64,000 nt of DNA from Longimicrobiales bacterium (GCA_965202805.1 OZ241869.1:3104001-3168000); one strand, 5' to 3'; shown: positions 10,118-20,041, counted from the stretch's first letter. Program-made: numbers and translations. Notes: generated by a model not told the origin, from the letters alone.

Positions 10118-11464
10118 ATGACAGAGAACAGAGGAAGCTACATCGGAATCCGATTCACCCGGACCCTTCTCGTCGCCGCAACCGCGGCAATCGCGGCCTC
10201 GGGTTGCGAGGTCACCAACCCCGGACCCATCCAGGACGAGTTCCTGGCGCAGCCCGCGTCCCAGCAGGGGCTCGTCAACGGCGGCGTGCGCCGTCTGGCT
10301 GAGCTGTTGACCTACGGCAGCTACACCCACGCCATCCTCGCGCGCGAGCTCTTCCCGGGCGGCCAGACCGGGTTCATGGGCCACGACCCGATCACCCAGT
10401 CCGGACACATCCTGCCCGGAAGTTTTTCCAATCGCTGGAACGACGGAGTGCAGGCCCGCTTCATCACGGAGACGGCGATCAAGCGCTTTACCGAGGTGGA
10501 CGCGCCCAGCAACATGCTGTACCAGGCGTACCTGTGGAACGCCTTCGCCTATCGCACCATGGGCGAGTGGTGGTGTGACGCCGTGCTCGGTCCCATCGAT
10601 CCGGACGACACGACGCCAGGCTCCTACGAGCAGGGATCGACCGGGAACTTCAACCGCGCCATCGACAGCTTCACGGCAGCCCTGGGGTTTGCCTCGACCC
10701 CGGAGGAAACCCACGCGGCGCGGGGCGGCCGAGCAGCCGCGCACGCCTGGCTGGGGGACTGGAGCGCGGCCGCGGCCGACGCCGCGACGATCCCGGACGA
10801 CTTCGTCTTCTGGATCAACTACGACGACGAGCTCCAGCCCTACTACAACACCATCTTCGAGGCCAACGCGCGCCAGCCGGCGGGATCCTACTCGGTGATC
10901 TACACCTTCGTCGAGAACTACTACACGGAGACGGGCGACCCCAGAACCCCCTGGTTCGAGGACGCGAACATTCCCTACGCCACGGCGAGCCTCGACACCT
11001 ACGGCCAGGTGGAGTGGAAGAACCAGGCCAAGTACAACAGCCGCAACGACGACCAGCGCATCGTCAGCGGCTGGGAGATGCGGCTCCTGGAAGCGGAGGC
11101 GGCACTGAACTCCGGGAACTGGCAGGCCGCCATGACCCTCATCAACAGGGTGCGCACCCGTAACATCAGCGACACCACCGGAGAACCGCTCGACCCCTGG
11201 AATGCGATGAGCATGGGGGAGGCGTGGACCTTCCTCAAGCGCGAGCGCTACATCGAGCTCTGGCTCGAGGGACGCCGGCTGGGCGACGAGCGCCGCTGGG
11301 CGGCGACCGGCACGCCGGGAGATCTCGACACGCCGGATTGGGAGAGCACAGCCTTCGCGCCGGGCTCCCGCACCAACATGTTCACGCGCAACCCGAGGTC
11401 CTATTGCTTCGACATCCCCGAGTCGGAGCGCGACCGCAACCCCAACGTCCCGCCGATAAGCTGA
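10118..11464 (+). CDS. RagB/SusD-family nutrient-uptake lipoprotein
   Basis: Lipobox ASG-C; LLEAEA, INRVR, ERYIELWLEGRRLGD, P..E...NPN motifs; directly after SusC. Confidence 0.9.
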   Translation: MTENRGSYIGIRFTRTLLVAATAAIAASGCEVTNPGPIQDEFLAQPASQQGLVNGGVRRLAELLTYGSYTHAILARELFPGGQTGFMGHDPITQSGHILPGSFSNRWNDGVQARFITETAIKRFTEVDAPSNMLYQAYLWNAFAYRTMGEWWCDAVLGPIDPDDTTPGSYEQGSTGNFNRAIDSFTAALGFASTPEETHAARGGRAAAHAWLGDWSAAAADAATIPDDFVFWINYDDELQPYYNTIFEANARQPAGSYSVIYTFVENYYTETGDPRTPWFEDANIPYATASLDTYGQVEWKNQAKYNSRNDDQRIVSGWEMRLLEAEAALNSGNWQAAMTLINRVRTRNISDTTGEPLDPWNAMSMGEAWTFLKRERYIELWLEGRRLGDERRWAATGTPGDLDTPDWESTAFAPGSRTNMFTRNPRSYCFDIPESERDRNPNVPPIS

Positions 11465-11484
11465 CTCGGGGGGCGTAAGGCAAG

Positions 11485-11527
11485 AGCCGGGTCGCGGGGG
11501 TGATCGCCCTCGCGGCCCGGTTTTTTC
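11485..11527 (+). terminator. Rho-independent terminator of the susCD pair
   Basis: GC-rich stem CCGGGTCGCGGGGG / CCCTCGCGGCCCGG followed by T6. Confidence 0.8.
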
Positions 11528-11612
11528 GTGGTCGAGCTTCGAGGGGTTGCTGCCGGGTCAGGCTCCGGTGAGCGGCACGCGGGACCAGGCGGGAGGCCGT
11601 GCCAACCCGGGC

Positions 11613-11673
11613 TGCTAAGTCTGTAGTTGACAAGCCGGAACCTGATCGCCACCATGCTACTATATCATTAGTA
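11613..11673. promoter_or_regulatory. Putative BlaI operators and promoter region
   Basis: Palindrome TACTA-N6-TAGTA at 11658-11673; degenerate TGCTA-N6-TAGTT at 11613-11628; TTGACA at 11627-11632. Confidence 0.6.
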
Positions 11674-11766
11674 TTTTCCTGCCGGAAGAAGAAGTGCCTG
11701 TGGAACCGGAGGAGTGGCCACCCGCAGTACCCGGCGAGCCCAGCCCTGGCCCCTGAGGAGGAACCC

Positions 11767-12141
11767 GTGACAACGCTCACCGCCCGCGAAATGGACGTCA
11801 TGTCGGTTCTGTGGGACCTTGGATCCGCCACCGTCGCGGAGGTCAGCGACCGGCTGGAGGATGATCTGGCCTACACCACGGTGCTCACCGTCCTGCGCAT
11901 CCTGGAATCGAAGGGGCTCGTCGGCCACGAGAGGGAGGGGCGCGCGCACCGCTACCATCCCCTGCTCGCGCGGCGAGAGGCCGGCCGGTCGGTTCTCGAC
12001 CGGCTCCGGAAGAAGGTCTACTCGGGATCCACGGAGATGCTCGTGGCCAACCTGGTCTCCGACGAACGCCTTTCCGCGCAGACCATCAGGCGCCTGCGCA
12101 AGCTGCTTGACGAGCGACTCGAGAAGGAGGAGCAACGATGA
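11767..12141 (+). CDS. BlaI/MecI/CopY family transcriptional repressor
   Basis: GAGGAGG RBS before GTG; LTAREMDVMSVLW, LAYTTVLTVLRILESKG, GRAHRY. Confidence 0.92.
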   Translation: MTTLTAREMDVMSVLWDLGSATVAEVSDRLEDDLAYTTVLTVLRILESKGLVGHEREGRAHRYHPLLARREAGRSVLDRLRKKVYSGSTEMLVANLVSDERLSAQTIRRLRKLLDERLEKEEQR

Positions 12142-13952
12142 TTGCCGCATGGATGCTCTGGTCGGCCGGCGTCGGAGTGCTGTTCCTGGTCGCGGGCCTG
12201 GCGGCCGAGAGGCTCCTCACCGTCTACGGCCGTCCGACGCGATGGGTGTGGATCGTCGCCGGAGCAGCGACGACGGCATTGTCGGTGCTGCGGATTCCGG
12301 GCGGCGCCCCGGAACAGGCGGCTCCCCCACCGGGCTACGCGCCCCCTCTGCTCGAGCCGTTGGCGGTGACGGTCGCCCGCGATTCGATGCTCCGCTCCTT
12401 CGACGATCTCCTCGTGCTGGGCTGGGTGGTGCTCTCCTCGCTGCTCGTGGTGACGGTGCTGTTCGCCTTCGCGCGCCTGGTGCGGGAGGGAAGATCGTGG
12501 CAGCCCGGTTCCCTGGGCCATCGCACCGTGCTCTGGTCCCGGGATACCGGCCCGACCATCGTCGGCCTCCTGCGGCCCCGCGTCGTCCTGCCCGCGTGGG
12601 TCCGCGCCATAGACTCCAAAGAGCAGAGGCTGATTCTCGCGCACGAAGAGGAGCACATCCGCGCCGGCGACGCCCGGCTCCGCTTCCTGATGACGCTGCC
12701 CCTGTTCGTCTTCCCCTGGAATCCCGCTCTCTGGCTCCAGCGCCACCGTCTGAATCTCGCCGTCGAACTGGACTGCGACCGGAGGGTGATACGCCGGATG
12801 CCCGGACACCGCCACGCCTACGGGAACCTGCTCCTGCGGGTCGGCGCCGGACGCAACGGGCTGCATCGTCTGGCGCTCGTGTCGCTGTCCGAAGGGCGGT
12901 CGCAGCTCGAGCGTCGCATCCGCAGGCTGGTGGAGAAGATGCCGCGCGCGCGACGCATCCAGGCGGCACTTCTCCTGCTGGGCGCCGCGGCCGTCGTGAC
13001 GCTGGCGGTCCTGTTCCCCCGGATTCGCGGAGAGGATGCACCGGTGCCGGACGAGTTGGCCGACCTCATGGCGGAACCGACCTTCACGCCCTACACGGTG
13101 CGTCCCGACCTCGTGAACGAGGCCGAAGCCCAGCGGGCCCTGGAGGAAGAATACCCTGCGTCGCTGAGGGACGCGGGCATTGGGGGGAGGGCCATCGTCC
13201 ACTTCTTCATCGACACCGAGGGCGTCGTGCAGAGGGTTCTCGTACCCCAGACGTCCGGCCACGAAGAACTCGACTCGGCGGCCCTGCGGGTTGCCCGAGT
13301 ATTCCGGTTCACCCCCGCGCTCAACCTGGATGAGGTCGTGCCCGTGTGGGTCGCCATCCCGATCACGTTCGGCACGGTTGAGGAAGCCGCCGACAGCTCC
13401 CGGGCGGAGGCAGCGAGGGAGTTCTTCGAAGAGGTGCGCCGCCTTCGAGACGAGTTACGGGCGGATACCACCCCTGCTCCGGATTCCAGCGCCTTTCTGG
13501 AAGCAGTGAACCGACTTCGCGAAGAGATGGAACGTGCTGTCGAAGAGTTGGAACGTGCTGCCGACCAGGTCGCCGCAGGCGAATCCGGCAACCCGACCGA
13601 GGCATCCCTGGCGGACGCGCAACAGGAGGCGTCGCTGATGGACGCTCCGACCTTCACCCCCTACACGGTGCGTCCCGACCTGGTGAACGAGCGGGAGGTG
13701 CAGCGCGCGCTGGCGAGAGAATACCCCCCGATAGTGAGGGACGCGGGAATCGGAGGGACGACTAACGTGCACTTCTTCATCGACACCGAGGGCGTAGTGC
13801 AACGGGTCCTCGTCGCCCAGACCTCCGGCCACGAGGCGCTCGACGAGGCTGCCCTGCGGGTTGCTCGCATCTTCCGGTTCACTCCGGCGCTCAACGAGGA
13901 TGAGGTGGTGCCCGTATGGATCGCCATCCCGATCACGTTCCAGACCAGGTGA
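12138..13952 (+). CDS. BlaR1-like M56 metallopeptidase with two C-terminal TonB_C domains
   Basis: ATGA overlap with blaI; transmembrane helices; HEEEH zinc motif, PWNP, ELDCD; two TonB C-terminal domains (YP..G..G...VHFFID..G.V..SG..LD.AAL..FTPA). Confidence 0.9.
   Translation: MIAAWMLWSAGVGVLFLVAGLAAERLLTVYGRPTRWVWIVAGAATTALSVLRIPGGAPEQAAPPPGYAPPLLEPLAVTVARDSMLRSFDDLLVLGWVVLSSLLVVTVLFAFARLVREGRSWQPGSLGHRTVLWSRDTGPTIVGLLRPRVVLPAWVRAIDSKEQRLILAHEEEHIRAGDARLRFLMTLPLFVFPWNPALWLQRHRLNLAVELDCDRRVIRRMPGHRHAYGNLLLRVGAGRNGLHRLALVSLSEGRSQLERRIRRLVEKMPRARRIQAALLLLGAAAVVTLAVLFPRIRGEDAPVPDELADLMAEPTFTPYTVRPDLVNEAEAQRALEEEYPASLRDAGIGGRAIVHFFIDTEGVVQRVLVPQTSGHEELDSAALRVARVFRFTPALNLDEVVPVWVAIPITFGTVEEAADSSRAEAAREFFEEVRRLRDELRADTTPAPDSSAFLEAVNRLREEMERAVEELERAADQVAAGESGNPTEASLADAQQEASLMDAPTFTPYTVRPDLVNEREVQRALAREYPPIVRDAGIGGTTNVHFFIDTEGVVQRVLVAQTSGHEALDEAALRVARIFRFTPALNEDEVVPVWIAIPITFQTR
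13077..13940 (+). repeat. Intragenic 294-bp direct duplication encoding the two TonB_C domains
   Basis: 13077-13370 and 13647-13940 are highly similar (offset 570 bp). Confidence 0.9.
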
Positions 13953-14086
13953 TGAACCCGGACCTGGAGGAAGGGAACGAAGTATCTGCGTGAGATGGGC
14001 GGCTGCCCTTCCGTCGCGCGGACAGGGCCGCGCGCATGCCTGCCAAAAGGCTCACTTCGCCGGTTAGGCCGGAGTCGTCGCGACCA

Positions 14087-14159
14087 CTGGGGCGGGAGGG
14101 CTCGAACCTCCAACCTCCTGGTTAACAGCCAGGCGCTCTGCCGGTTGAGCTACACCCCA
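14087..14159 (-). tRNA. tRNA-Asn (GTT), CCA not encoded
   Basis: Reverse complement TGGGGTGTAGCTCAACCGGCAGAGCGCCTGGCTGTTAACCAGGAGGTTGGAGGTTCGAGCCCTCCCGCCCCAG folds as a cloverleaf; anticodon GTT; T-loop GTTCGAG. Confidence 0.96.
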
Positions 14160-14380
14160 TCACGGTCGGCTTGCGACGTTCGCGCCCGCCCCGGACGGGG
14201 ATAGGCGCGACTCCGGAATCAAGCTACACCGGTGCCCGCGTGTCAACACTGCTTTCCGGCTGCGTGTCCTGAGAGTTAGGTTACCCGGCTTGCGCGCGCA
14301 CGTGGGCTGCCGTCTCGAGGTGGGCCTTCGCCGCGCGGCCGCCACAAAGCCAAGCCGTTTCCGACAAGGGCACATCCCGA

Positions 14381-16810
14381 ATGATCCTCAAGCTGCTCGC
14401 CGTACAGGCCATCCTGGTGCCTGCTCAGGGTGACGTGCCCGAGCGTCCGCCCGCAGTCGCGGAATACGACGGCGCAGCAGGGCAGCTCGAGGTCGTGACC
14501 CCGCGGCTCGAGGACCCGGACATCAGCATCGACGGACGCCTTGACGACGCAGCCTGGGAAGGCGCGGCCCTGCTGCGCAATTTCAGCCAGTACGATCCGG
14601 TCGAGGGCATTCCGGCCGTGCAGCCGACCGAAGCGCTGGTCCTGGTCAGCGACGACGCCATCTATTTCGGGGTTCGCGCCTGGGACAGCGACCCGGGCGG
14701 GGTGCGCGCCTCTCTCAGCGAGCGCGACAGCTGGGGCCGGGCCGACGACTATATCCGCGTCGTGCTGGACACCTTCAACGACCGGCGGCGGGCCTACAAC
14801 TTCATGGTCAACGCCTACGGGGTGCAGCAGGACGGCATCTGGGTCGAGGGGGGGCAGGGTGGTGGCGGCGGCGGCCGGGGACGCCGGGGCGGCGGAGGAG
14901 GCGGAGGTGGACGCCGCGGCGGCGGGTTCGGTCCCCCACCGGTGGACTACAACCCCGACTTCATCTGGGAGTCGGATGGGCGCCTGGACGACCAGGGGTA
15001 CACCGTCGAAATCCGCATCCCGTTCAAGAGCATCCGCTTCCAGAACGTCCCCACGCAGTCCTGGGGCATCAACATCATGCGCCGGGTTCAGCGCACCGGC
15101 TACCAGCAGTCGTGGGCGCCGCTCTCCCGCGACCTCGCCAACCAGCTCGAACAGTCGGGAACGCTGGACGACCTCCAGGATCTCGATCCCGGCCTGTTCC
15201 TCGAGATGAACCCGGTCGTGACCGGGAAGCGCCTGGGCGCATACGACGCCGACGCCGACGCCTTCCAGCACGACGATCCCGCCGGCGACTTCGGCTTCTA
15301 CACGACCTACGGGCTTACGTCCAACCTGACCCTCGACGGCACCTACAACCCCGACTTCAGCCAGGTGGAAGCCGACGCGGGCCAGATCGCGGTCAACGAG
15401 CGCTTCGCCCTCTTCTTCCCCGAGAAGCGTCCGTTCTTCCTCGAGGGGATGGACATCTTCCAGTTGCCCAAGCAGTTGGTGTACACCCGCTCGGTCGTGG
15501 ATCCGATCGCGGGCGCGAAGATCACCGGCAAGGTGGGGAACTTCAACGTCGGCTACATGGGAGCGGTCGACCAGGTTGAGTCGAGCAGTTCCGCCAACGA
15601 CGCCGTCGTGAATCTGGTGCGTCTGCGCCGCGACCTGGGAACCAGCTCGACCTTCGGGCTGACCTACACCGACCGCACCCGTTCCACCGACGTCTTCAAC
15701 CGCGTCATGAGCGCCGATACGCGCCTGGTGATGGGAGGCCGCTACACCTTGCAGTTCATTGGGGCGGGCAGTGTCCGGGGTCTGAGCGAGGGCGGCTCGG
15801 AATGGGGCACGCTGACGTCCGCCAGCTTCGCGCGCACCGGACGGACCTTCTCGTTCAACGGCGAGTTCGAGAACCTCGAACCCGCGTTCGAAGCCGCCAG
15901 CGGCTTCATCCGGCGCGTCGGGCTGACACAGATGCAGGGGAATGTCTCGCTCAACAGCATCGGGCGTCCGGGCGATCTGATCGAGCGCTGGGGGCCGTCG
16001 CTCTCCGTGCGCACGCTCTGGGACCACGACACCTTCTGGGACGGCGGCAAGACCGAGGAGAGCGAAATCCGGCTCACGGGCACGGCCTCGTTCCGCAACA
16101 ACATCACCCTCTTCCTGACCGGCACGCGCACCGACTTCTTCTTCCCCGCGAGCGACTACGGCGGGCTCTTCACGCGCGAGCCATCCGACATGCTGGCCCC
16201 GCTCTCCGTGAGCCAGTCGCATTTCCAGGGCCTGTACGGAGCCAGCTTGTTCCTGATGGCCAGCTCCTGGAGCAAGGTGCGCGGCAACATCCGCTTCAGC
16301 TGGGGGGAGACGCCCCTGTTCTATCGGACCCTTGACGTGCCCATCGAAACCGCGGAGCAATACTCCGGCAGTGTGAGCCTGAACCTCTATCCCTTCACCT
16401 CCCTGCAGGCCGAGGTCGGGGTCAACCACGAGACGCTCATCCGCAAGCGCGGCGGAAGCCGTTATTCGTCGGCCACGATTCCGCGCATCAGGGCCCAGTA
16501 TCAGTTCACCAAGGCGCTCTTCCTGCGGAGCATCGTCGAGTACGCCCACCGCGACCAGGAGCCGCTGCTGAACCCGGTGAGCGGACTTCCGCTCGAATAC
16601 TGTCCCGCCGACGCATGCAGCGCGCTGTCGACGTCCATCGGACACGACGTCCACGTCGAGGTGCTGCTCAGCTACGAGCCTTCACCGGGCACAGTGATGT
16701 ACGTCGGCTACTCGCGGGAGATGGAGGACACGGGCGCCTTCCGATTCCAGCGGATGAGGCCCCAGGCGGACGGACTGTTTGCGAAGGTGAGCTACCGATT
16801 CCGGCTATAA
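14381..16810 (+). CDS. DUF5916 / CBM9-like domain outer membrane protein
   Basis: IDGRLDDAAW (CBM9-like), LDTFND, EIRIPFKSIRF, NPDFSQVEAD, FFPEKRPFFLEG, C-terminal KVSYRF. Confidence 0.85.
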   Translation: MILKLLAVQAILVPAQGDVPERPPAVAEYDGAAGQLEVVTPRLEDPDISIDGRLDDAAWEGAALLRNFSQYDPVEGIPAVQPTEALVLVSDDAIYFGVRAWDSDPGGVRASLSERDSWGRADDYIRVVLDTFNDRRRAYNFMVNAYGVQQDGIWVEGGQGGGGGGRGRRGGGGGGGGRRGGGFGPPPVDYNPDFIWESDGRLDDQGYTVEIRIPFKSIRFQNVPTQSWGINIMRRVQRTGYQQSWAPLSRDLANQLEQSGTLDDLQDLDPGLFLEMNPVVTGKRLGAYDADADAFQHDDPAGDFGFYTTYGLTSNLTLDGTYNPDFSQVEADAGQIAVNERFALFFPEKRPFFLEGMDIFQLPKQLVYTRSVVDPIAGAKITGKVGNFNVGYMGAVDQVESSSSANDAVVNLVRLRRDLGTSSTFGLTYTDRTRSTDVFNRVMSADTRLVMGGRYTLQFIGAGSVRGLSEGGSEWGTLTSASFARTGRTFSFNGEFENLEPAFEAASGFIRRVGLTQMQGNVSLNSIGRPGDLIERWGPSLSVRTLWDHDTFWDGGKTEESEIRLTGTASFRNNITLFLTGTRTDFFFPASDYGGLFTREPSDMLAPLSVSQSHFQGLYGASLFLMASSWSKVRGNIRFSWGETPLFYRTLDVPIETAEQYSGSVSLNLYPFTSLQAEVGVNHETLIRKRGGSRYSSATIPRIRAQYQFTKALFLRSIVEYAHRDQEPLLNPVSGLPLEYCPADACSALSTSIGHDVHVEVLLSYEPSPGTVMYVGYSREMEDTGAFRFQRMRPQADGLFAKVSYRFRL

Positions 16811-16892
16811 CGTTGTCGTTGTTGCCCGCACGGGACTGGAGCCTGAACGCCATCGGGTTCGGGACCGCAGGCGAAGCGGGGAGCGGGAGCCG

Positions 16893-17087
16893 TTATTTTC
16901 GTTCCAGCACCGCGGTGCGCCGGCATCGCTCGCACATCAACCAGACGCGGTCGCGCACGTACGAGACATCGGAGCGCGGACGAACATCGCGCCGAACCAT
17001 CGCTGATCGGCACCTGGGGCAGAGAAGCGGCTCGCCGCCGTCCAGCCGCTCCTTGAGGAGACGCTCCTCCCCGGGTGTGAAATTCAT
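16893..17087 (-). CDS. Small zinc-ribbon protein (64 aa)
   Basis: CPRC and CERC pairs; divergent from infA. Confidence 0.65.
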   Translation of the reverse strand: MNFTPGEERLLKERLDGGEPLLCPRCRSAMVRRDVRPRSDVSYVRDRVWLMCERCRRTAVLERK

Positions 17088-17174
17088 GGCCGCCAGGCCC
17101 CCTTTCGCGGCAAGAATCGCGTCACGGGGTCTGGCTGAAGCGCCGTCCCCCATGCCACGATAAGAGGCCCGCTT

Positions 17175-17390
17175 TTGGCAAAACAGGCAATCGAAATCGA
17201 AGGAACCGTAGTCGAAGTTCTCCCCAACGCGACCTTCCGTGTCCGCCTCGAGAACGGACACCAGATCCACGCATACCTCTCCGGCAAGATGCGCCAGCAC
17301 TACATCCGCGTGCTGGAAGGCGACCGGGTCAAGTGCGAGATGTCTCCCTACGACCTGTCGAAGGGACGCATCACCTACAGGTACAAGTAG
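17175..17390 (+). CDS. infA: Translation initiation factor IF-1
   Basis: [53 protein letters not shown] start with GAGG RBS. Confidence 0.97.
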   Translation: MAKQAIEIEGTVVEVLPNATFRVRLENGHQIHAYLSGKMRQHYIRVLEGDRVKCEMSPYDLSKGRITYRYK

Positions 17391-17633
17391 TTCCCGGGCC
17401 GGTACGAGCGGCCACCGACGCCTTCCTCGTGCCTGTCGTCGCCTCCGGAGTCGAGCCGGTCGCGATGCCCCCACCCCGGCGCGCTCCCTTTCGCCCGGTC
17501 CATCGTGGGCCGCCGGGTCGCCAGGGTCGCGACCCTCCGGTCATCCCCGACTGCCATCCCAGCGCCCGCCCGGATGAGCGAGCTTTGTGGCGGAAGATGG
17601 CGACGTGCAACGCGTGTGGCGCCCGGGAGGACG

Positions 17634-18449
17634 ATGCTCAGCACCGCGCAAAGTATCCGGCGGGAGCTGCTGGGTGAGAGCCCGCAGATGGAGCATGTCC
17701 GTCGCCTGATCGCCCGCGCGGCGGGCGTGGACGCGCCGGTGCTGATCACGGGCGAGACCGGGACCGGAAAGAGCCTGACCGCGCGCCTCATCCACGCGCA
17801 CGGCACGCGGCGCGGCGCCCCTCTGGTTCCCGTCAATTGCTCCGGCATCCCCGAGGGTCTGTTCGAGAGCGAGTTCTTCGGCCATCGCCGCGGCGCGTTC
17901 ACGGGTGCGGTCGAGAGCCGGCGCGGGCTCTTCGAGGCCGCGGATGGCGGCACCCTGTTTCTGGACGAGGTCGCGGAACTCCCGGAGCGGCAGCAGGCGA
18001 AACTGCTGACGGTGCTGGAGGACCGCGAGGTGCGCAGGGTGGGGGACGAGCGACTCCGCCCGCTGGACGTGCGGGTGCTTTCCGCGACCTCGCGCGACCT
18101 TTCGAAGGCGGTCCCCGCGGGCCGCTTCCGCGCCGATCTGTTCCATCGGATCGCCGTGCTGCGCATCGCTCTCGCACCGTTGCGGGAGCGAGCGGAGGAT
18201 ATTCCGGTTCTGGCGCACGCGCTCCTCGAGAGACTCGTCGCCAGGTACGGGGTTCGCACGACAAGGCTGCCGATCCGCGTCGAGGAGATCCTGATGCAGC
18301 ACGACTGGCCCGGCAACGTCCGCGAGTTGGCGCATGTGCTGGAGGCGGCCGCCATCTGCAACCCCCGGAAGCGAATCTCCGCGAGCGGCGTCGAGGAGGT
18401 GATCAGGTCGCAGCCCGGGCGTGCGCAATCTGCCGCCGCAACGTCATAG
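17634..18449 (+). CDS. Sigma54-interacting AAA+ activator lacking sensory domain and complete HTH (possibly decaying)
   Basis: GETGTGKS, ESEFFGH..GAFTGA, GGTLFLDEV, FRADLFHR, WPGNVREL. Confidence 0.8.
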   Translation: MLSTAQSIRRELLGESPQMEHVRRLIARAAGVDAPVLITGETGTGKSLTARLIHAHGTRRGAPLVPVNCSGIPEGLFESEFFGHRRGAFTGAVESRRGLFEAADGGTLFLDEVAELPERQQAKLLTVLEDREVRRVGDERLRPLDVRVLSATSRDLSKAVPAGRFRADLFHRIAVLRIALAPLRERAEDIPVLAHALLERLVARYGVRTTRLPIRVEEILMQHDWPGNVRELAHVLEAAAICNPRKRISASGVEEVIRSQPGRAQSAAATS

Positions 18450-18738
18450 CCTGGCCATCGTACGCAGGCGGCCGGGCTCCTCGGCCGGGAGGGCGCCGTC
18501 GATGGGCTGCCCGCATACGACTGCCCTCACACTCGCATACGACTCCACTCGCATACGACGGCACCCGCCGGCTGCCGGCATGAGTTCCGCGCCGTCCGGA
18601 AACCCTGCGTGGTTCGCGCCCGAGGTTGCGTTGCCGGGTGTTGCAATGGCCACAGCGCGGATCTACCGTATCCGCTGCCGGTCTGCCAGTTCAGCGCCGG
18701 TTGGCGTGAAGTCGTCCGGTCAGCCCGCGGAGGTCTCG

Positions 18739-20028
18739 ATGCGCAGGGGAGTTTCAGCAGTCGCCGTCCCGGTCCTCTGGTTGTTCGCCACGGAGCTCGG
18801 TGCCGGCGTGGGCGTCGCGCCGGACGAAGCTCAACAACGGGACGGACAGGAAGCGGACGATCCCGTTGGCGAACTGGTCTCACGCCTCACTCTGGACGAG
18901 TACAAGGCCACGCTCAAGGGCCTTACCCGATTCGGCGACCGCCGCCAGGGCACGCAGCGCAATCGCGACGCCGTCGACTGGATCGAGGCCACCCTGCAGG
19001 ACTTCGGCTGCACCACCACCGAGCGCATCCACTACCAGTACCCGCCCGCGGGCGCGCAGCCGCGACGCTCCTTCGCCGACCCCTTGCCCCGGCCGCCTCC
19101 ACCGCCGCCCAACGAGAATACAGCCACCCCGACCGGAGGCGACGTCGGCCGGCGCGGCCCCGGTTCCGGGGGCAGCGTGATCTTCGGCTACCGGGCCCGC
19201 ACGGGCGTGAACCGCGACCCGATGGCGCAGCCCGACGAGCGCATCCGCGAGCTGAACCGCGAGGAGCCGGTGGACGGGGACCGGTCGCAGGTCTACTGCA
19301 CCAAGGTCGGCGCGACACGTCCCGACGAGATGTACATCCTCGGAGCGCACATGGATGGGCACGGAGTCAACGAGGCCGTGGACGACGACGGTTCCGGCAC
19401 CGCGCTGGTGATGGAACTCGCACGCGTCTTCAGCTCCCCGGACGTCGAGACCGAGCGCTCGATTCGCTTCGTGCTATGGAACAACGAGGAGACCGGGCTG
19501 AACGGCGCGCGCGCATACGTGGAGCAGCGCGAGGCGCTGCAGGGCGTGGAGGATCCCCCCGGGTCCGGCAGGTATCCCGAGCCGCGCTGGCTTGGGATGA
19601 TCCAGCACGACATGATGCTCTGGGACCACGGCGCGCCCGGCCCCGACGGACGGGTCAGCCGGGATCAGCGCCCCGAGGCCGACGTCAACATCGAGTTCCA
19701 GTCCAACGCCGAGCTGGCGACCGAGGCCATGGAGCTGGCGTTTTTCTTCAAGGCCGCCAACGAGCGGTACGCGACCGACTATCCCGCTACGGTCGGTCCG
19801 CACATGACCAATACCGACTCGACCCCCTTCATGCACCTCGTTCCCGCGATCAGCCTGCGCGAGAACGAGAGGGGGGCGCAGGTGGGCGCCGGATGGAATC
19901 CGAACTGGCACCAGCCGACGGACGTGTGGACCACCTACACCGACGACGACTTCCGCCTCGGCCTGAACGCCGCCCAGACCACGCTCGCGGCGATCGCGCA
20001 GCTGGTCGGCGCGACGGTCGAACGGTGA
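18739..20028 (+). CDS. Secreted M28-family metallopeptidase
   Basis: GGAGG RBS; signal peptide; GAHMD, DDDGSG, NEETGL, HDM, TDS, WHQPTD. Confidence 0.88.
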   Translation: MRRGVSAVAVPVLWLFATELGAGVGVAPDEAQQRDGQEADDPVGELVSRLTLDEYKATLKGLTRFGDRRQGTQRNRDAVDWIEATLQDFGCTTTERIHYQYPPAGAQPRRSFADPLPRPPPPPPNENTATPTGGDVGRRGPGSGGSVIFGYRARTGVNRDPMAQPDERIRELNREEPVDGDRSQVYCTKVGATRPDEMYILGAHMDGHGVNEAVDDDGSGTALVMELARVFSSPDVETERSIRFVLWNNEETGLNGARAYVEQREALQGVEDPPGSGRYPEPRWLGMIQHDMMLWDHGAPGPDGRVSRDQRPEADVNIEFQSNAELATEAMELAFFFKAANERYATDYPATVGPHMTNTDSTPFMHLVPAISLRENERGAQVGAGWNPNWHQPTDVWTTYTDDDFRLGLNAAQTTLAAIAQLVGATVER

Positions 20029-20041
20029 GAAAGGAGCGGCC

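Noticed and set aside
14087..14159. tRNA-Asn as an integration site for an island
   Set aside because: No integrase and no duplicated tRNA 3' end noticed in the window
18575..18591. Sigma54 -24/-12 promoter (CCGGCATGAGTTCCGC)
   Set aside because: GG-N10-GC spacing fits but the TTGC element is poor; not distinguishable from chance in GC-rich DNA
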